Below, piece after piece: positions 24,395 through 38,233 of a DNA stretch of 64,000 bases (its first letter is position 1; each line of letters starts with the position of its first letter). Under the pieces are notes generated by a model. The model saw nothing but the letters and a program-made list of their open reading frames with translations. It was not told the origin of the DNA and searched no databases. The stretch comes from Octopus sinensis. Its lineage: Eukaryota. Both the position numbers and the translations under genes were made by a program. The DNA lies in the NCBI RefSeq assembly GCF_006345805.1, contig NC_043000.1:47120001-47184000 (forward strand), given 5' to 3'.

Positions 24395-25659
24395 ATCCCG
24401 AACCGTTTTTGTATATTTATATGATTATCTGTTGAGTGCATAGTGCTACATTTAACTAGATAATATATTGTAGGTGGCAAATTGGCAGAGTTGTTAGAGC
24501 CATGGGTAAAATACATCGCAGTATCTGTCCTGCCTCTCCTTGTTCAAATCCCGCCAAGGTTAGCTTTGCATTTTATTATTATGGAGTGATAACGTAAACA
24601 ATCAAATATTGACATCGATTCTTCTGTCTCTCATCTCTCTCTCTCTCTCTCTCTCTCGAAATTGACTGCGTTGTGCTATGTGAAGCTTATAGGAGAATAC
24701 GTTCCGCGTCAATTTCTCTAGAAAGGAAAATATGCTGGGCGACGGCCGGCTGTAGAAAAGCTGATATGCTTCTGAAACCGTCCAAAGAAGGCTCTATATG
24801 CAGCACAACATGGAAGAGAAATTAAGAAGAACTAATATCATAGTAATAATGTAAAAGTAAATAAAAGTTGTTGCTGAAATCGATTTTTCTTTCTCTATTA
24901 GTTGGAGATTTTTTCCACAGTGATCGAAATAAAACACATTAAACGGTCAATACCCTACGGAAAATCTGATAAATGGAGAAACTTTAAACTCTAAGGCAGA
25001 TTAGTCTGAGAATAATGAGACTGAAAATGTATTTAAGTGTAAAGATACATTTTTGACGACATCGTGGTAGGTGAGTTTAAATATAAAATATTCGTTTGTA
25101 TTCTCTGGCGAGTGAAAATATTTTACTAAGCAGTACTATTCTGTATTTAACCATAAATAAATATGAATATATTGAAACATAAATATTATCGATTATTCAC
25201 GCGATTGCTATAACAGAAAACATAATAAAAACGCATGCTCTTATTGTGTTGAGCCCAACAGCTAGTTTTATTTCCCAACAGAGACAAATTCACTTCAATT
25301 ATGCCACTAATAACTTTGGAAAAGACGTAGGCATTATATAATTTTCCTTCCTTTTCTCAAAAATTGAGAATTTGAATTTAGTGAAACAAGATGACAATCA
25401 TTATTTTCTTTAAATTCTGAAACACTATTATATGTATTACTTATCATAATTTCTCACACTGGAAATTTCAATTAGCAATAGCATTTAACTGGAACTTATT
25501 TTATCACCTCCAGACTTTGATGAGAAGTACACCCACGTCAGGTACGATAGGAATTCAGAATATATAAATATATATATATATATATATACGATACTAATTA
25601 CAATAAATAGGGTAATTTAAACTGTCTGCGATAGTTGTCCTCTTTACTTCCTTATACAC

Positions 25660-27370
25660 CTACAATAATGACTTGTTAAAGCAAAAATCTATAGAGAAAA
25701 ACTGTAAAAAGTTCGCAAGTCTATCGCAATGTTACTTGTTGTTTATTCCAAGATCATTCTGCCTAAAGTCATCCAGCAGACTTTCGATCAAGCGATCTCT
25801 AGGTAGTTTCATTTTTAACTTTCATTTTCTCGGATACACTATAAATGTCCTTGGTCGATATCTCTCCCAAAAAATCTAACTTCTGTTAAACCAATACCGT
25901 CTTCTGCAGCTATAGGTGCCCGACAATTGTCTTTACGTGCCAACCGAGCCACCACAGGGAAATGCTTCACATTTTCTGCTTGTTTTGTATCCAGCACTAC
26001 ACCTTACGTAGTAAAGAAATCTTCTAAACGAATATTTTATACTTTTCTAGTTCCACTACCTTATAATATACATGGCTAGTGCTAAAATAGCTAAAACACT
26101 CCACCGTAAACTCTTTAATTTCTCCTTTTATCTCTCTCTCACCAATCCTTTCTTAACCTTCTTCCCCCTCTCTCTCTTGAGATATATCCTGTTCTCTGAA
26201 AGCAGAATAAAGCGCATCTTACTTCCAAGAATGCCACACTCACGAATCTTGCCAATTACAGTCCTGTCACACTTCGAATACTTCAATGATAATGAAGATA
26301 AACATTAACAAAAACCTTTTCCCACCTCTCTTCAGTGATCACGAGTACGGTTTCCGTAAGGCTAGAGCTACCGGAGATCTACTCATCTACGTTATTCACC
26401 ATTGATCGTTCATTATCAAGAATTTAATGAAAGCAATGTTGTTGTTCTGAACATCAGAAAAGTTTCTTGGGCAAACTGTTCGCCAATGAGCTCCATCTGT
26501 GTATCTTCAGTGGTTTTCTGTCAGATTACACCTTCACAAAGTGTGTTAATGAAACTCTCTGAGGCTCATACATTAACAACTCTAGCAGATCTCAGGGTTG
26601 TGTTTTCTCACCGCACCTTTCACTTAAAGATCAATAACATACTTGCATCAGTTCTATGAGGGTAATGCCATCTTCCTTTCTCATTAATTTTCCGTCTCAT
26701 CTAAAACCAAGCTGTATTAAGTCTGTACAAATAACTTTAACAGAGATTTCCTTAGCATCCTCCAGCGTGGGCTTGTTTATCGCCTCTTCTTTAAAAGCAC
26801 AAAACGTATTTACTACCCTTATCAAAGAAACATCATCGCCCTATATATGAATAGCACAACACTAGAACACGCAAAGCAGCATTAGAGCTAGGCTTCACTA
26901 TCATTGAAGATCATTCTCATCGTTAATAAGACTACTTCAGAAACAGAAAATACTTTATCTTTCAAGATCTCTCTCTACAAATCTTTTGTGAAACACACAA
27001 TAGAGTACTGCTCTAGGACGATGCGGTCGTTATGCACACAGATGCCCTGTCTCAATCCAAAGAAATGCCGCTTTATTAGTTGGTGTGAAGGCACTCTCCA
27101 ACACTCTCTAACGCCTGAACTACGGATGTCTGTATATGTCTGCCTTTTACTACTGTTATTGCAAAGATAGCTCCTCGAAGTTGGATTGTCTCATGCTATC
27201 TCTATTCACGCACTCTAGACTCACTCAGTTATCACGTATATTGTTTCCCTTAGGCTCCGTGCTAACCTCTATGCCTAATCATCTTGCCCATGTAATCTCA
27301 CAAGACTTTCCTCCTTACACATATTTTTCCTGCAGCCTAATACTTGCAACTATTCCAGAGGAACTTTAGC
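25660..27370 (+). mobile_element. Degraded APE-type LINE RT remnant (CR1/L2/Jockey group; clade not resolved)
   Basis: NLANYSPVTL (NYRPI equivalent), DHEYGFRKARATGDLL, QGCVFSP..INN, SFVKHTIEYCS, with many stops and frameshifts. Confidence 0.7.
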
Positions 27371-28059
27371 TTCTTCGAATTTATCTCTATCGGTGTAACT
27401 GCGGAGATTATAGGCTCAAACCTTTAATACTAATTAATCCAACGTAAAAAATTCATGTTATCTAAAATTTGTTTCCAATGATTTTTATGTCCTTTTCTTA
27501 AAGTTTTAAATGATTTAATATCAATTGATAGGGTTTGACAGAAAAAAATGCACTTATTCATTTCATGTTTAGATTTTAATCGTAAGGAATTTCTTAGCTG
27601 CTCTTTTTTATCTGTAGAGAATAAAGTTTCAAAAATATTCCTGTGAGAATATTTTTAGTATTTCTGAAAAAAGAAAAATATCTAACATTTCAATGTTGAA
27701 CTGAGTGCACATGCTTATGAGTAAATTTGATTCTAACGTAGAATCTCAAAACATCTTCGATAAAAGAAACCAAATATCCTGTTATTTAAATTGTAAATAA
27801 ATTATAGAATGTTTACAGAATATTCACAGTATTAATATACGGAGATAAACATCTGCTGAGCATCAAAGCATGTTTCAAGTATTAATCAGGATCTAGGCTT
27901 TCCTAGCTATTACTCATTATCCTTGGAATTTTTATTTTTAAACAATGTGTTTTGATCAATTCACTTTATTGTCGTATCCAAGTGCCAATTACTTACTATA
28001 CTTAATTTTAAAATGTTTGAGGAAACCAAATGAATTGAGGGAAGATGTTTCTACAACAG

Positions 28060-28520
28060 AACTGAACGTTTATTGGTGATGAACATAACTGTGTAAAAGT
28101 ATGTTAACAGTTAAAGTGTTGAACCTCTCTTTCTCAGCACTGAATGTAAAATATTAAATAAATTCACAACAATCGTTTTCTTTTATTATAAGAACTCTTT
28201 ACGCCAACTAGATTGGCAATATGTCAACGTCATAGTGCTCCTACTCATTGTAACCATATCGGTCAAAACGTATCGCAAAGAAAATTAAAAGGAGTCTTCA
28301 TTATTGTCTGGACATTTGCCAGACATGAATTTATGGCAAATCATAATGTCAAAACCGAATTCAAGAACCTTTAAAAGCAGCAAAATTTTTATTTGTTGCT
28401 GTTCAGAAAAGATGGTACAAATTAGAACCTGAATTACTGCAAAATTATTCCGACAGTGTAATTAAAAGAAAATGAAAACTACAAGAAAGTACACCAGAAA
28501 CGTTGATTAACACATTTCCC
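28060..28520 (+). mobile_element. Highly degraded Tc1 transposase C-terminal fragment
   Basis: CQRHSAPTH resembles QDNAPCH. AVQKRWYKLEPELLQNYSDSV resembles the Tc1 C-terminal helix. Confidence 0.45.
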
Positions 28521-29246
28521 TTATTAACTCTATGAATAAAATGTGATTGCAACGTTTTGGTTTAAACGGAAGGTTTTTTTTCTAAGTCAGAAAGCTGGAA
28601 GTGGTTTCATTTCGTAATAGTTGTTGCTATTTTTTTTACATTAAGTCCTGCCCCGATCAAGCTGATCTGTTATCAAATACGCCCTTTTTTTCTGATACAG
28701 TGCTTGTTTGCTCGTTGGGTCTGCATGCGAGACCGTGGTGTGATCGTTCCTGTCTTAACTGCTTCATGTAGTCATTTTTAGAGAGAGAAAGAATAAGAGA
28801 GAATGAGAGATCGACTGGCAGACAGGCAGGCAAGTTGACAGTGGAGAAAGAGAGAAGTGAAATGAACATCAGTGTTTGGCTGGTATATTATTTATCATCC
28901 CAGATAGAATGAAGGGTGAAGTTATCTTCGGCTTATAGCATTCCGGCGCTCTAAGGAGTTTGACAATTTGCTACTTTTTCAAGTACAACATATCTCAGAC
29001 TCTAGGCTCGATTATCAAGTATTCTCTTTATAAAAAAGTTCATAGGGTATAGTTTGATGAACATTTGGGTTGTTATTTGTAGATGTTGCTCTCGTGGTTG
29101 TTGATGTTATTTCAATGTGAAAAAAATTACAACAGTAACTTCCCCTTAATGCTTTTTATGTCTTTGCTGACACAGCTTCTTTTATTGTTCTTTTCTGTTG
29201 CTGTTTTGGCCACTGCTATTGCTACAGCTGCTACTGATACTGACGT

Positions 29247-29261
<15 letters not shown>

Positions 29262-29303
<42 letters not shown>

Positions 29304-29341
29304 CCCCACCACCACTACAACCACTACCACTACCATTACCA

Positions 29342-29384
<43 letters not shown>

Positions 29385-29405
29385 CGCCGCCGGTGCTGCT
29401 GCTAC
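29262..29405. repeat. Compound microsatellite (ACT)n-(ACC)n-(ACT)n-(GCC/GCT)
   Basis: Directly visible. Confidence 0.95.
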
Positions 29406-30869
29406 CACAGCACCTGGGACTCGAGTCATTGCGATCACGCTACTCACTAGAAATAATCTACAAGCGCGAGAATCAAACCACTTATGGGATAAGTTTTTCT
29501 TCTCAAAGATGACAAATATAAAATGTTATCATATATCTTTGGAAAAGTTAGAAAAGAAAAAAGTAAAAAGAAAACAATGCATTCATGAATTGCTTGAAAA
29601 CATTTCGACAGGACAATAGAAAGTGACATTACGTTGAATGAAGTGCGTCTAAAATCGCAGATTTGCTTTGGGGTTATATGAGAACGAATGTGAAGTACTT
29701 TTAGATTTCCACGTATAACAATACTATACATAAACAACAAATAAATTAAATGCCAACTGCAGTTTTCAGTCGAAGGATAGAGAAGACAGAAATAAAATAA
29801 ATAATATATTTTTCAAAATTTGAAATAAATGAAATATAATTAAATTAAAGCTTAACGAATAGTCGACAATAGATGATATATGAATTCAAATTTTTCTTAA
29901 AGCATCGAATAAAATAAATCGCTGTAATCGACTCTGGCACGAATTTCGATGTACCAACGGGAAACCTGCTCATTGAATTAGCGTGCAATGTGGCTGAGTA
30001 TTCCATAGACACTGTAAGATGGAGTTTTTTTTTACATCGTTTCTGTTTACCCATTTCATACACAATTCAAGGTGCGACACAAGACTGAGCTAAATGCATT
30101 TCTCAAAGATTCCACTCAATGAGATCAGTTGGTCCTGATTCACAATTGTCTGTTTTTAAGAACACCCTTTTAGTTGACGTATCTTTAGAGCCAAGTGTGG
30201 TTCTGTTCTTTCTTGCAATAAAGTTTATATAGTCGTGTTAAGAATTCAGTCTCTGGATTGCTCTATTCAAATTGTTTTGTTTTAGCTCAAATTTTTGTAT
30301 TGCATGCGTGTTTAGTGCTAAATGTACTTGTGGCTTTTGTGAAATTTGTCTGAGGAATAACTATTTCTGTTGAATATTTATATTCTTTGTTAACTGCACG
30401 TAATATTTGTTTTTAATAAAATTCGAAACTTCTCGTAGTTGAGTGTCTTGCTGCTTGTGGGATGGGAGTTAAATAATTAACCAAGCCTACAAATTCTATA
30501 TTTTATTTCAAGTGTACGGGTATTTGTTATTCTGCCAAGAGATTTCATTTGGTTGAAGTAGTTTTAATGTTCACTTTTTTTCTCTTGAATATTCTAATTT
30601 AGTACGTAGAAACTAGCTTACTGCATGTATTATTCGAGGTGAATTCGTTTCTTTTAGGTTCGCCCTAATCCATCGGTTATATTTCTTTTGTGTTAGTCCT
30701 TTAATTCTAGCATACCGCGTGTATTGACCTTTGTTGACCCCCTATATACATACACATATGCAAGTAGGTCTGAAACAGAGGCTCACTTTTTCAGAAGAGG
30801 TATCAGTAACATCTCTAAACCAGAAAGGTTCCTTCTAGCCAGGCACGTAAAAGCGATTGTCGTGACAGG

Positions 30870-31002
30870 GAAAGAGAAAGAGAAAAAGACAAGGGAAGAG
30901 AAGGAAGGAGAGATAGTGGAAAAGAAAGAGAAAAGGAAGGAGAGAGAGAGAAAAGTGGAAAGAGAGAGAGAGAGGAAGGAGAGAGAAAAAGAAAGAGAGA
31001 AA
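30870..31002. repeat. Polypurine (GA-rich) tract
   Basis: Directly visible. Confidence 0.9.
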
Positions 31003-31484
31003 CTATAATTGTATTATCTGTTCAATTGTGATCATATGTCAGAGTTCATATTAGAAAAGATTAAGAACTCTTTGTAATTCATTTACAGTTCCCACCATTT
31101 TATTGTCAGTGTTCCCCGATTTGGTTGCATTGCCTCATTTCAAAGTCAACCTGGTAAATTTGTGAAGTTCAACCTGAACAATGCTGTTACATCTTAAAAG
31201 ATTTGAGCAAACGAATATTTTAACACTGATTTCAAGTAGAAAGTTCTAATATCGCTTTATCTATCAGTACTTGGGCCATCATGAGCCCTTGCTACACTCA
31301 TTTTACTTTTTAGTTAAAGACTGTTCATATCAGTGTCTTGGCATAATCTTGATGAGAGTCATTGTCTAGGGCGTGTAGAGTCAAAACTACACATAAGTTT
31401 CCTGTTCATGTTATCCGTCCTTGTGAATTCTTTTTCCTTGTCAGCAACTCTGGTATTGATGATGAACACTATATTATTTTATTG

Positions 31485-31815
31485 CTTCGGTTGTTAGAGC
31501 GCCGGGCTAACAATCATGAGACAGTGAATTCGATTCCTGGATAGGACCGTGTGTTGTGTTCCTGAATAAGACTCTATTTAACGTTGCTCCAGTTCTCTCA
31601 GCTGTGGAAATGAGTCGCGACATCACTGGTGCCTAGCTGTTTCAGTCTTTACTTTCCCCTTGAATAACATCAGTGGTGTGGAAAAGGTGGGCTGGTATGC
31701 ATGGGCGACTGGTGGTCTTCCATAAACAAATTTGCCCAGACTTGTGCCTGGGATGGGAACTTTTTTTATGCAATCCGATGGTCATTCATGACCGAAGAGT
31801 GTCTTTACCCTTATC
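31485..31815 (+). mobile_element. tRNA-derived SINE family D
   Basis: gttagagcgccgggct...gaattcgattcctgg, central gtgttgtgttcctgaataagac...gttgctccagtt, tail ending tttacccttatcc. Confidence 0.75.
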
Positions 31816-32239
31816 CTTATTATTTCATTAAATCGCTCAGAGTTATGAATTGTGTCTACAGTTAAACTCTTTCCTCTATAATTACACCTGTCTCGTTTCT
31901 TTACTGCTACAACCTGATATAATTTTTCTCTTGTTATATGTGTTAATTCATTTAGTTTTTATTTCATTTAATTGTATATCACACTGAATGAATAAATGTG
32001 TTATTGGTTATAACTTTTCAACGGAACAACCACATGTCTAATCAAATACTAATGATGAGAGTGACAAATGAGCTTCTGCAACTCGAGGATGTTCAAATAT
32101 TTAATTCGAGAAGCAAGAATAGTGTTTTCTATCTCTCCAATCACTTACTTATTGCACCGATTTGTTTCAATGAAAGGCATACATAAGCACATTAACACTC
32201 ATACACTTGCACGCAATGCGATAAAACACACAGCTATGT

Positions 32240-32460
32240 TCTTGTTTCCTTTTGGTAGGGATGTCTCCCAATATCCATAATTTCTTCCCAAATATTTCTA
32301 GTTTTCCTTGATCTGGTAGATATTCTATTTTAATTGTCATGGTATTTAATTCACCGGAGAATTTTTGGTTATATTCTCGAAATATTTTATTTTGTTTGAG
32401 TTGTTTGATTCTCTTCTCAAATTTCTGTGTCCTCATCGATTTAGTTTTCACCTGCTGAAT
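32240..32460 (-). mobile_element. Third, old R4/Dong-family fragment (pre-RT region)
   Basis: QKFEKRIKQLKQNKIFREYNQKF...KKLW aligns with RRFEKRNKFYKQNKLFTSNAKNF...KRIW of the young copy. Confidence 0.65.
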
Positions 32461-32649
32461 TATTATTTCTTTTGTGATTTATAACGTTGTTCATCTTGAA
32501 TTTTAAGATGTCTGTGTTCGTGAGAACAATATCAATATTCAAATGATTTATTTCAATTAGTAGTGAGCTACGGTGTAATATCGGATACTAATGGTGCAGA
32601 ATATGTATTGTGTGTATCTTATTATAGCGTTTGGTGTAGATTATTTACA

Positions 32650-33200
32650 ATGTGTTGGGTTATAACCGGAGTTGGTCAGATAAAGTATTTGATATTTTGG
32701 CAACAGAAATTTTTCTGCTCTTAACCCTGTCATTCTCGTCCACCATACTTTACCTTTCACCATATCGACGAAACACAGTGGTTACCAATACACACTCTAG
32801 GAGTGAGTCCGCGATGCCAAACGATATACTAAGGTTGAGACATTATGGAAAGTAACAGGCGAGTTTAATTTTATAAGACGTGTTTTCTAACAGACTTTCA
32901 CTTTGCTTTAGTACGTCCTCAAACGCAGAGACATTGGTGCATGTTGCATCTAGATTACTGCCAGATGTAGAAATCATTTTATATACTGAGAGACTCTCTA
33001 TAATAAACTGGAAGAGGTGTGATGACCAGCGGATAAACTGAAAATGAGTTAGCTTGACAGAGTATTTTAGTTGGACATTCAGGCAGAGCATATGGATAAT
33101 TTTCAAATGCTTTTGATCTGACCGTGCTACTAAAAGAGAATACGCTTCTGTTTAGAGATGTGTTTTTATCCATAAGGAGAAAAATCATACATGTTCAAAT
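32650..33200 (-). mobile_element. Degraded CR1/L2-type RT fragment
   Basis: RSKAFENYPYAL resembles LSKAFDxVPH. Downstream IRWSSHL and HCVSSIW motifs in broken frames. Confidence 0.5.
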
Positions 33201-33612
33201 TTGTCAGACATTTTCAGTTATAATGCACGGCAGTCAGTTCGTAATAACTGTGAAGCAACGTAATTGTTCATCCCCTTTGTCAAACATTTTAGAAAGCTGT
33301 CAGCAATTGTGTAACGCAACTGTCGATACCTACTAAACATTTCGTATGCTCAATCAGACGCTTCCCGGCGAGTTCATGTCTAAAAAAGTAGGAGCAGGTT
33401 TTGCGTTGCAAAAACGCAACCAAGGGTACATATGGGTCTTAAGGTAGCAAACTGGCAGAATCGTTAACATAAGCCTGAAGATTGGTGAAAGTATAGAAGT
33501 ATATGTATTACTATGATTTATAAAATTGTAAAACATACAAAAATAAAATGTGAAACTCAGACTATGTTAGAGTCTCATTCATATGCATACATATATATAT
33601 ACACATATACAT

Positions 33613-33656
<44 letters not shown>

Positions 33657-34149
33657 CTCCATCTTTCTGCACTTTGGACTTACGTATGTGTATGTGTTGT
33701 TGCATATAAGCACTCGTGTTTATATCGTTTGCGGCAGAAAATCTTTCGCCATCGCCGCCTGAACTGCCAGATGACGCGATTTCGGCCTGATTTGGCCTTG
33801 TCAATGGCAGATGTCCGTAGCTAGAAATAGCGATTTCTCCGTCAGCGATATACGCTGAATCTCAGTGACTATTCAGGTATTGGTGTCAAAGATAGTCAGG
33901 GGGTTTATTAAAAATAATTAATGATGACACAGTTAGTATTAATTCCAAATGGTAATATTTATCCTCATTTAAAATAGGATGTTGTGTTAAGCCACATAAT
34001 ACAGTGCTATTTACCATGAGAGAATCTCTCATATCGACTTGCGGTGCATATAAGTAGTCGTGTTTATATCACCAGCGGTAGATACTCGCATATCATTGTC
34101 GCCAGAGCTGTCACAATTTAATTTTAATTACTTTTAATAAGCTTACTGT

Positions 34150-34660
34150 CTATTTTCGACACCTGAAAAGACGCTAAGATTTTCAACCGCGTAATCCATG
34201 GGGTTACATTCGGAGGAAGTAAGTGACCAGAAATTGGGACTGGTAAAAATGTAGAAATTCTATGACAACCACTTGTTTCCGGAGCTATGGCAAAGATGTG
34301 AATCCTGCTGTCACACATATAGCCTTCTAGCCAGCAACCACCTTCAGCCAGCGTTTGACCACAGGCTGCAGCAGTTTCACACAGTCATCGAAATTGATCT
34401 TAAAGTCCCGTTCAGTGATGTGGGGTGATATGACTTTACCTTCTCTGGAGGCACACCTAAAGTCCATCCTTCATGCTGGCAACAGTTTCGTAGTCTTCAT
34501 TGCAGCAGTCTATGTTTCTTCATACAGCCTTTACAGACAGTATTCACAGAGCAGCTGTTATGGCATGGGCATTTTCACACCCGGTACGAATCATCATGAT
34601 ACAGGGAACTATTTTCCAGTATTCCGATGTCTTCCATTCAGTCTTCCATGTTAGCTACTT
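34150..34660 (-). mobile_element. Mariner (maT/DD37D-like) transposase catalytic remnant
   Basis: SEGKVISPHI, KVVA-RRLYV*QQDSHLCHS, FTSPNFW...CNPMDY. Confidence 0.7.
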
Positions 34661-35343
34661 TTTTCAACTACTTTAATATTTAGGCTCTCCATGTATTCAT
34701 CAATACATCAAGTTGTTCCTGAAAAAAAAACTTAGTTATAAAATCTCGTCAGATTTTGCTGAACACTCAGCATTATGCATAAATATGTCGACAAATATAT
34801 ATAATTTTATACTTCTTTCATTTGGCACTTTATCTACAATTCTCTCAATATATATATATATTTATTTGCGTGGGAAACATTTGAGAAATAAAAGTTGGAT
34901 TTAATTGTTTGGTGAGAAATCTAGCATCATAATTACTATTGAAATTTATGAGTCAGTGATTAAGAATTTAAGAATAAGAAAATAAAATAAATTGAAGTGA
35001 TAATAGCAGTAATTATTATAATTATCAACAAAGGGGTTAAAATATATATATGAATATAATAAGCGGCTGGAGGAAGGAAAGCAATGATTGTAAAATTAAG
35101 TATGGAAATGAGAATAGGAATAACGGTGAAATTAAATCTCATAACAAAAATATAATAAATATAATATGCAAAAGTAAAGTATAATGAAAACAACACGAAT
35201 AAAAAAAGTAATGAAAACTGACAATAATTCAATACGCACATTAATACATACGTATTAGTAAGTATGTATATATATAGTTATGTATGCATTTATATATATA
35301 CAAGTGTGTGTATGCATTTGCGAGTGTGTATGCATATATATAT

Positions 35344-35393
<50 letters not shown>

Positions 35394-35394
35394 C

Positions 35395-35429
<35 letters not shown>

Positions 35430-35432
35430 GAT

Positions 35433-35528
<96 letters not shown>

Positions 35529-35999
35529 TGTGTCTCTGTATGCATAATGTCCATAAAATAGCATAAGAATAATTTGAAATTATTTTGTTGACTATAAAAG
35601 ATTTCACGATGGCATTCCAGTTGTTAAATATTAAGTTTTGTGTAATGGTTCGCCTAATATTCTATTTAGCTACCAAATATATGAATCATCTAATCTTCTT
35701 CCGACATCCGGGGCAATACAGATGGATTTTGTCAGTGCACGAAACTCAGGAGTTTTATAGGCAATAATTACTTAGTAATTTTCATATTCCATCTACACCA
35801 AGACAAGACACCAGTCCTCAATTTCATCCTGGTAACACAATATTACACAAAGACGGACATTAAAACTACCCTTCACCCTCCCTAACGTCCACTCGTTGCT
35901 CCCAGTGATTTTTCGTTACTCCCAAAGCAAAGAGCGATGAAAAAAATCTATGAAGAGTGTTCTAAATACCTTCACTTTGAGTGAATTCCATGGGGTTTT

Positions 36000-37825
36000 C
36001 AGTTTATTTTCATTTATTCTTTTGTGTTGAAGAACGTTGGCTCGAAATGTAAAAGATTTTTCACTTTCCCGAGCGTCAAACTAATACATCTACTTGTTGT
36101 TCATATACCTGTCTTCGTTTTTTTGTTTTTCTATAAATTTCAACTATTTATTATACGCTCATGTGGTCATCCCAGTTTTATCCTGCTCCATCTTTCTGCA
36201 CTTTGGACTTACGTATCTTAACTATTTCCTGAACTTTCTGCACCTCTCGTCAGTATATCCAGAAAACTACTGGATATACTGACTCTACTATCACGGATTT
36301 CACTGGACTCTTCCGTTAATGCAAAATCGCTCCAATCTACCACGACATTTTGAACTTTCTAATTTTTCACACTCCGTACATTATTACTTTGCCTTTCTCT
36401 CTCCTTTCCTTCTTCTTTTCTTCTCTCCTTTTCTTCTTTTCTCTTTTTCTTTTTTTGTTTTTCTTCCCCCTTTTTCAGCATGCCCGATTATAAATCTTTC
36501 CTCCTCCACCTTCACTACCACCTAAAGAAACACCTTTCCACGATTCCTTTCCACTGCTTTCAAACTTCTGTTAATCTTTCCCTACTGATTTTCAAAAAAA
36601 AAAGAAACACCCTTCTGTAGTCATATTTCCTTTCTTAGTCGCTGCCCCCACCACCACCTCATTTCCAAAGATTTCCACCTCCATTTCCACTCTGCTTCTG
36701 CCATACTACCCATAATCTGTACTACTTCTTACCGCCTTATGAGTGCCCCCATTCGTTCTAGTCTCTCCAAAATACACACCCTCGACAGCCTTCTCCCTCT
36801 CGCTTATTCCACATTTTTCTCCTGCACATTCCATTGTACATTCCACTCTACGCTTCATATTCTGCTTAAATCATATTTTCCACATGTTCCTCGCTCGCAT
36901 TAAACAACATAAAGCCCACTCACTCCTTCATTATGTCCCACCCGATGCCACTACACCCACCCCTCCACCATTCCCTTCCCTCCCTGATCCACTCCCCTTA
37001 TAATCACCCACCTTTCCATTACTCCGCTTCCCTAGACGCACTTACTCCTCTCTCTCCTTCCAGCTCTCCACTGCCCCTACACCCTCCCACATCAAACTCA
37101 TTCACCCCTCTCCATTTCAGTCTGTTGTTACTATTCCTCCTGATCTCACTCTGAGTCGGAGCGCTCTCTTCCCAGTAAGGCTCGGCGCTTCATCCCACTT
37201 CACTCCATCCAATAATGAATTTCAGACCCATGTTGATACCCATAGCTTTGTGCGCCGCATCAGGCTATATGCACTATTCTACAGCACTCGACCTGCATCT
37301 AATGAGGACTACTTCACCGACCTGGGCCGCTGACCATCCCACTGGATGCCAGCTCCTGGCCAGTTCCAAGCAGTTGATCCCTTTGCAAGCATCTGCCAAC
37401 GTGTTGTAGACCGCTGCAACTTTCGCAGGTGTCTTCGATATTTTAATATCTCCTCTCCCGAACTCTCAGCTCATTCGATATCTCCGACGCCGCAAAGACA
37501 TCATCATAAAACCGGCCGACAAAGGTAGAGCCGTGATAGTGAAGAGTGCAAACATCTCCGCCAACTTCAAGGCACTTCCTTCTATTGCCCCCTGCCCGCC
37601 AGCCCCACGCCTAACTACCAACAGATTGTGTCTTCCATTATTCATGATCTCATCTCCTCCTCCCGTCTCCCCCCCACTACCTCCGACCTTGTTGTCCGCA
37701 CTCCACACCCCCACCATTTACTTCCTTCCCTAAATCCAGAAGCCCACCAGCCGTGGATGCCCCATCGTCTTCGCCTGTAACTGCTCCACGGATTTTTCTC
37801 TAAATACCTCAACTATGTTCATGCA
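36000..37825 (+). mobile_element. Penelope-like element, 3'-truncated: terminal repeat with hammerhead-like motif, C-rich N-terminal region and start of RT
   Basis: RKDIIIKPADKGRAVIV (37491-37541) and TIYFLP*IQKPTSRGCPIVFACNCST (from 37713) are hallmark Penelope RT motifs. Confidence 0.82.
36019..36055 (+). ncRNA. Degraded minimal hammerhead-like motif in a Penelope terminal repeat
   Basis: TTTT / GTGTTGA-A / GAAC-GTTG-GCTC / GAAA-TGT-A / AAAG. Same family as 41225 and 50644. Confidence 0.5.
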
Positions 37826-38233
37826 ATGACACATATATATATATTTGTATATATACAATGCTGTGTCTGGGGTGAGTAATTCGCTTTTGGTGCCTTATAA
37901 TTTAGAACACTTTCCGGTAAAAATTCCATTTCTTTCTTTTTATTTTATATTTTATTTTTCTAAAATGTTCGTTGTATCTTGTAAACTTTTCAAAAGTTGA
38001 GCCAAAACTATTGAAAAAGTTGTAAGACGCAAGGAAAATTTTAGAAAAAATATTGATAAAAAAGAATCAAGTGGAAATTTCACAGGTGAGTCTGTTAAAT
38101 AATAAGGCACAAAAAGAGAATGACTCTCACCAGACACAACAGAATATGCATCAACACACGAAACGAACGCACATAAAAAAATATTGCAAACCAAATCCTA
38201 AAATGATATATACATATATATATATATATATAT

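Noticed and set aside
29083-29619. 178-aa ORF resembling a signal peptide plus Thr-rich mucin
   Set aside because: The Thr run is the (ACT)n microsatellite, open in several frames on both strands. There is no other coding evidence.
35241-35566. IY/YI/CV/HT-rich ORFs here and at 15916, 44847, 54180 and 61767
   Set aside because: These are translations of (TA)n, (TG)n and (TACA)n microsatellites.
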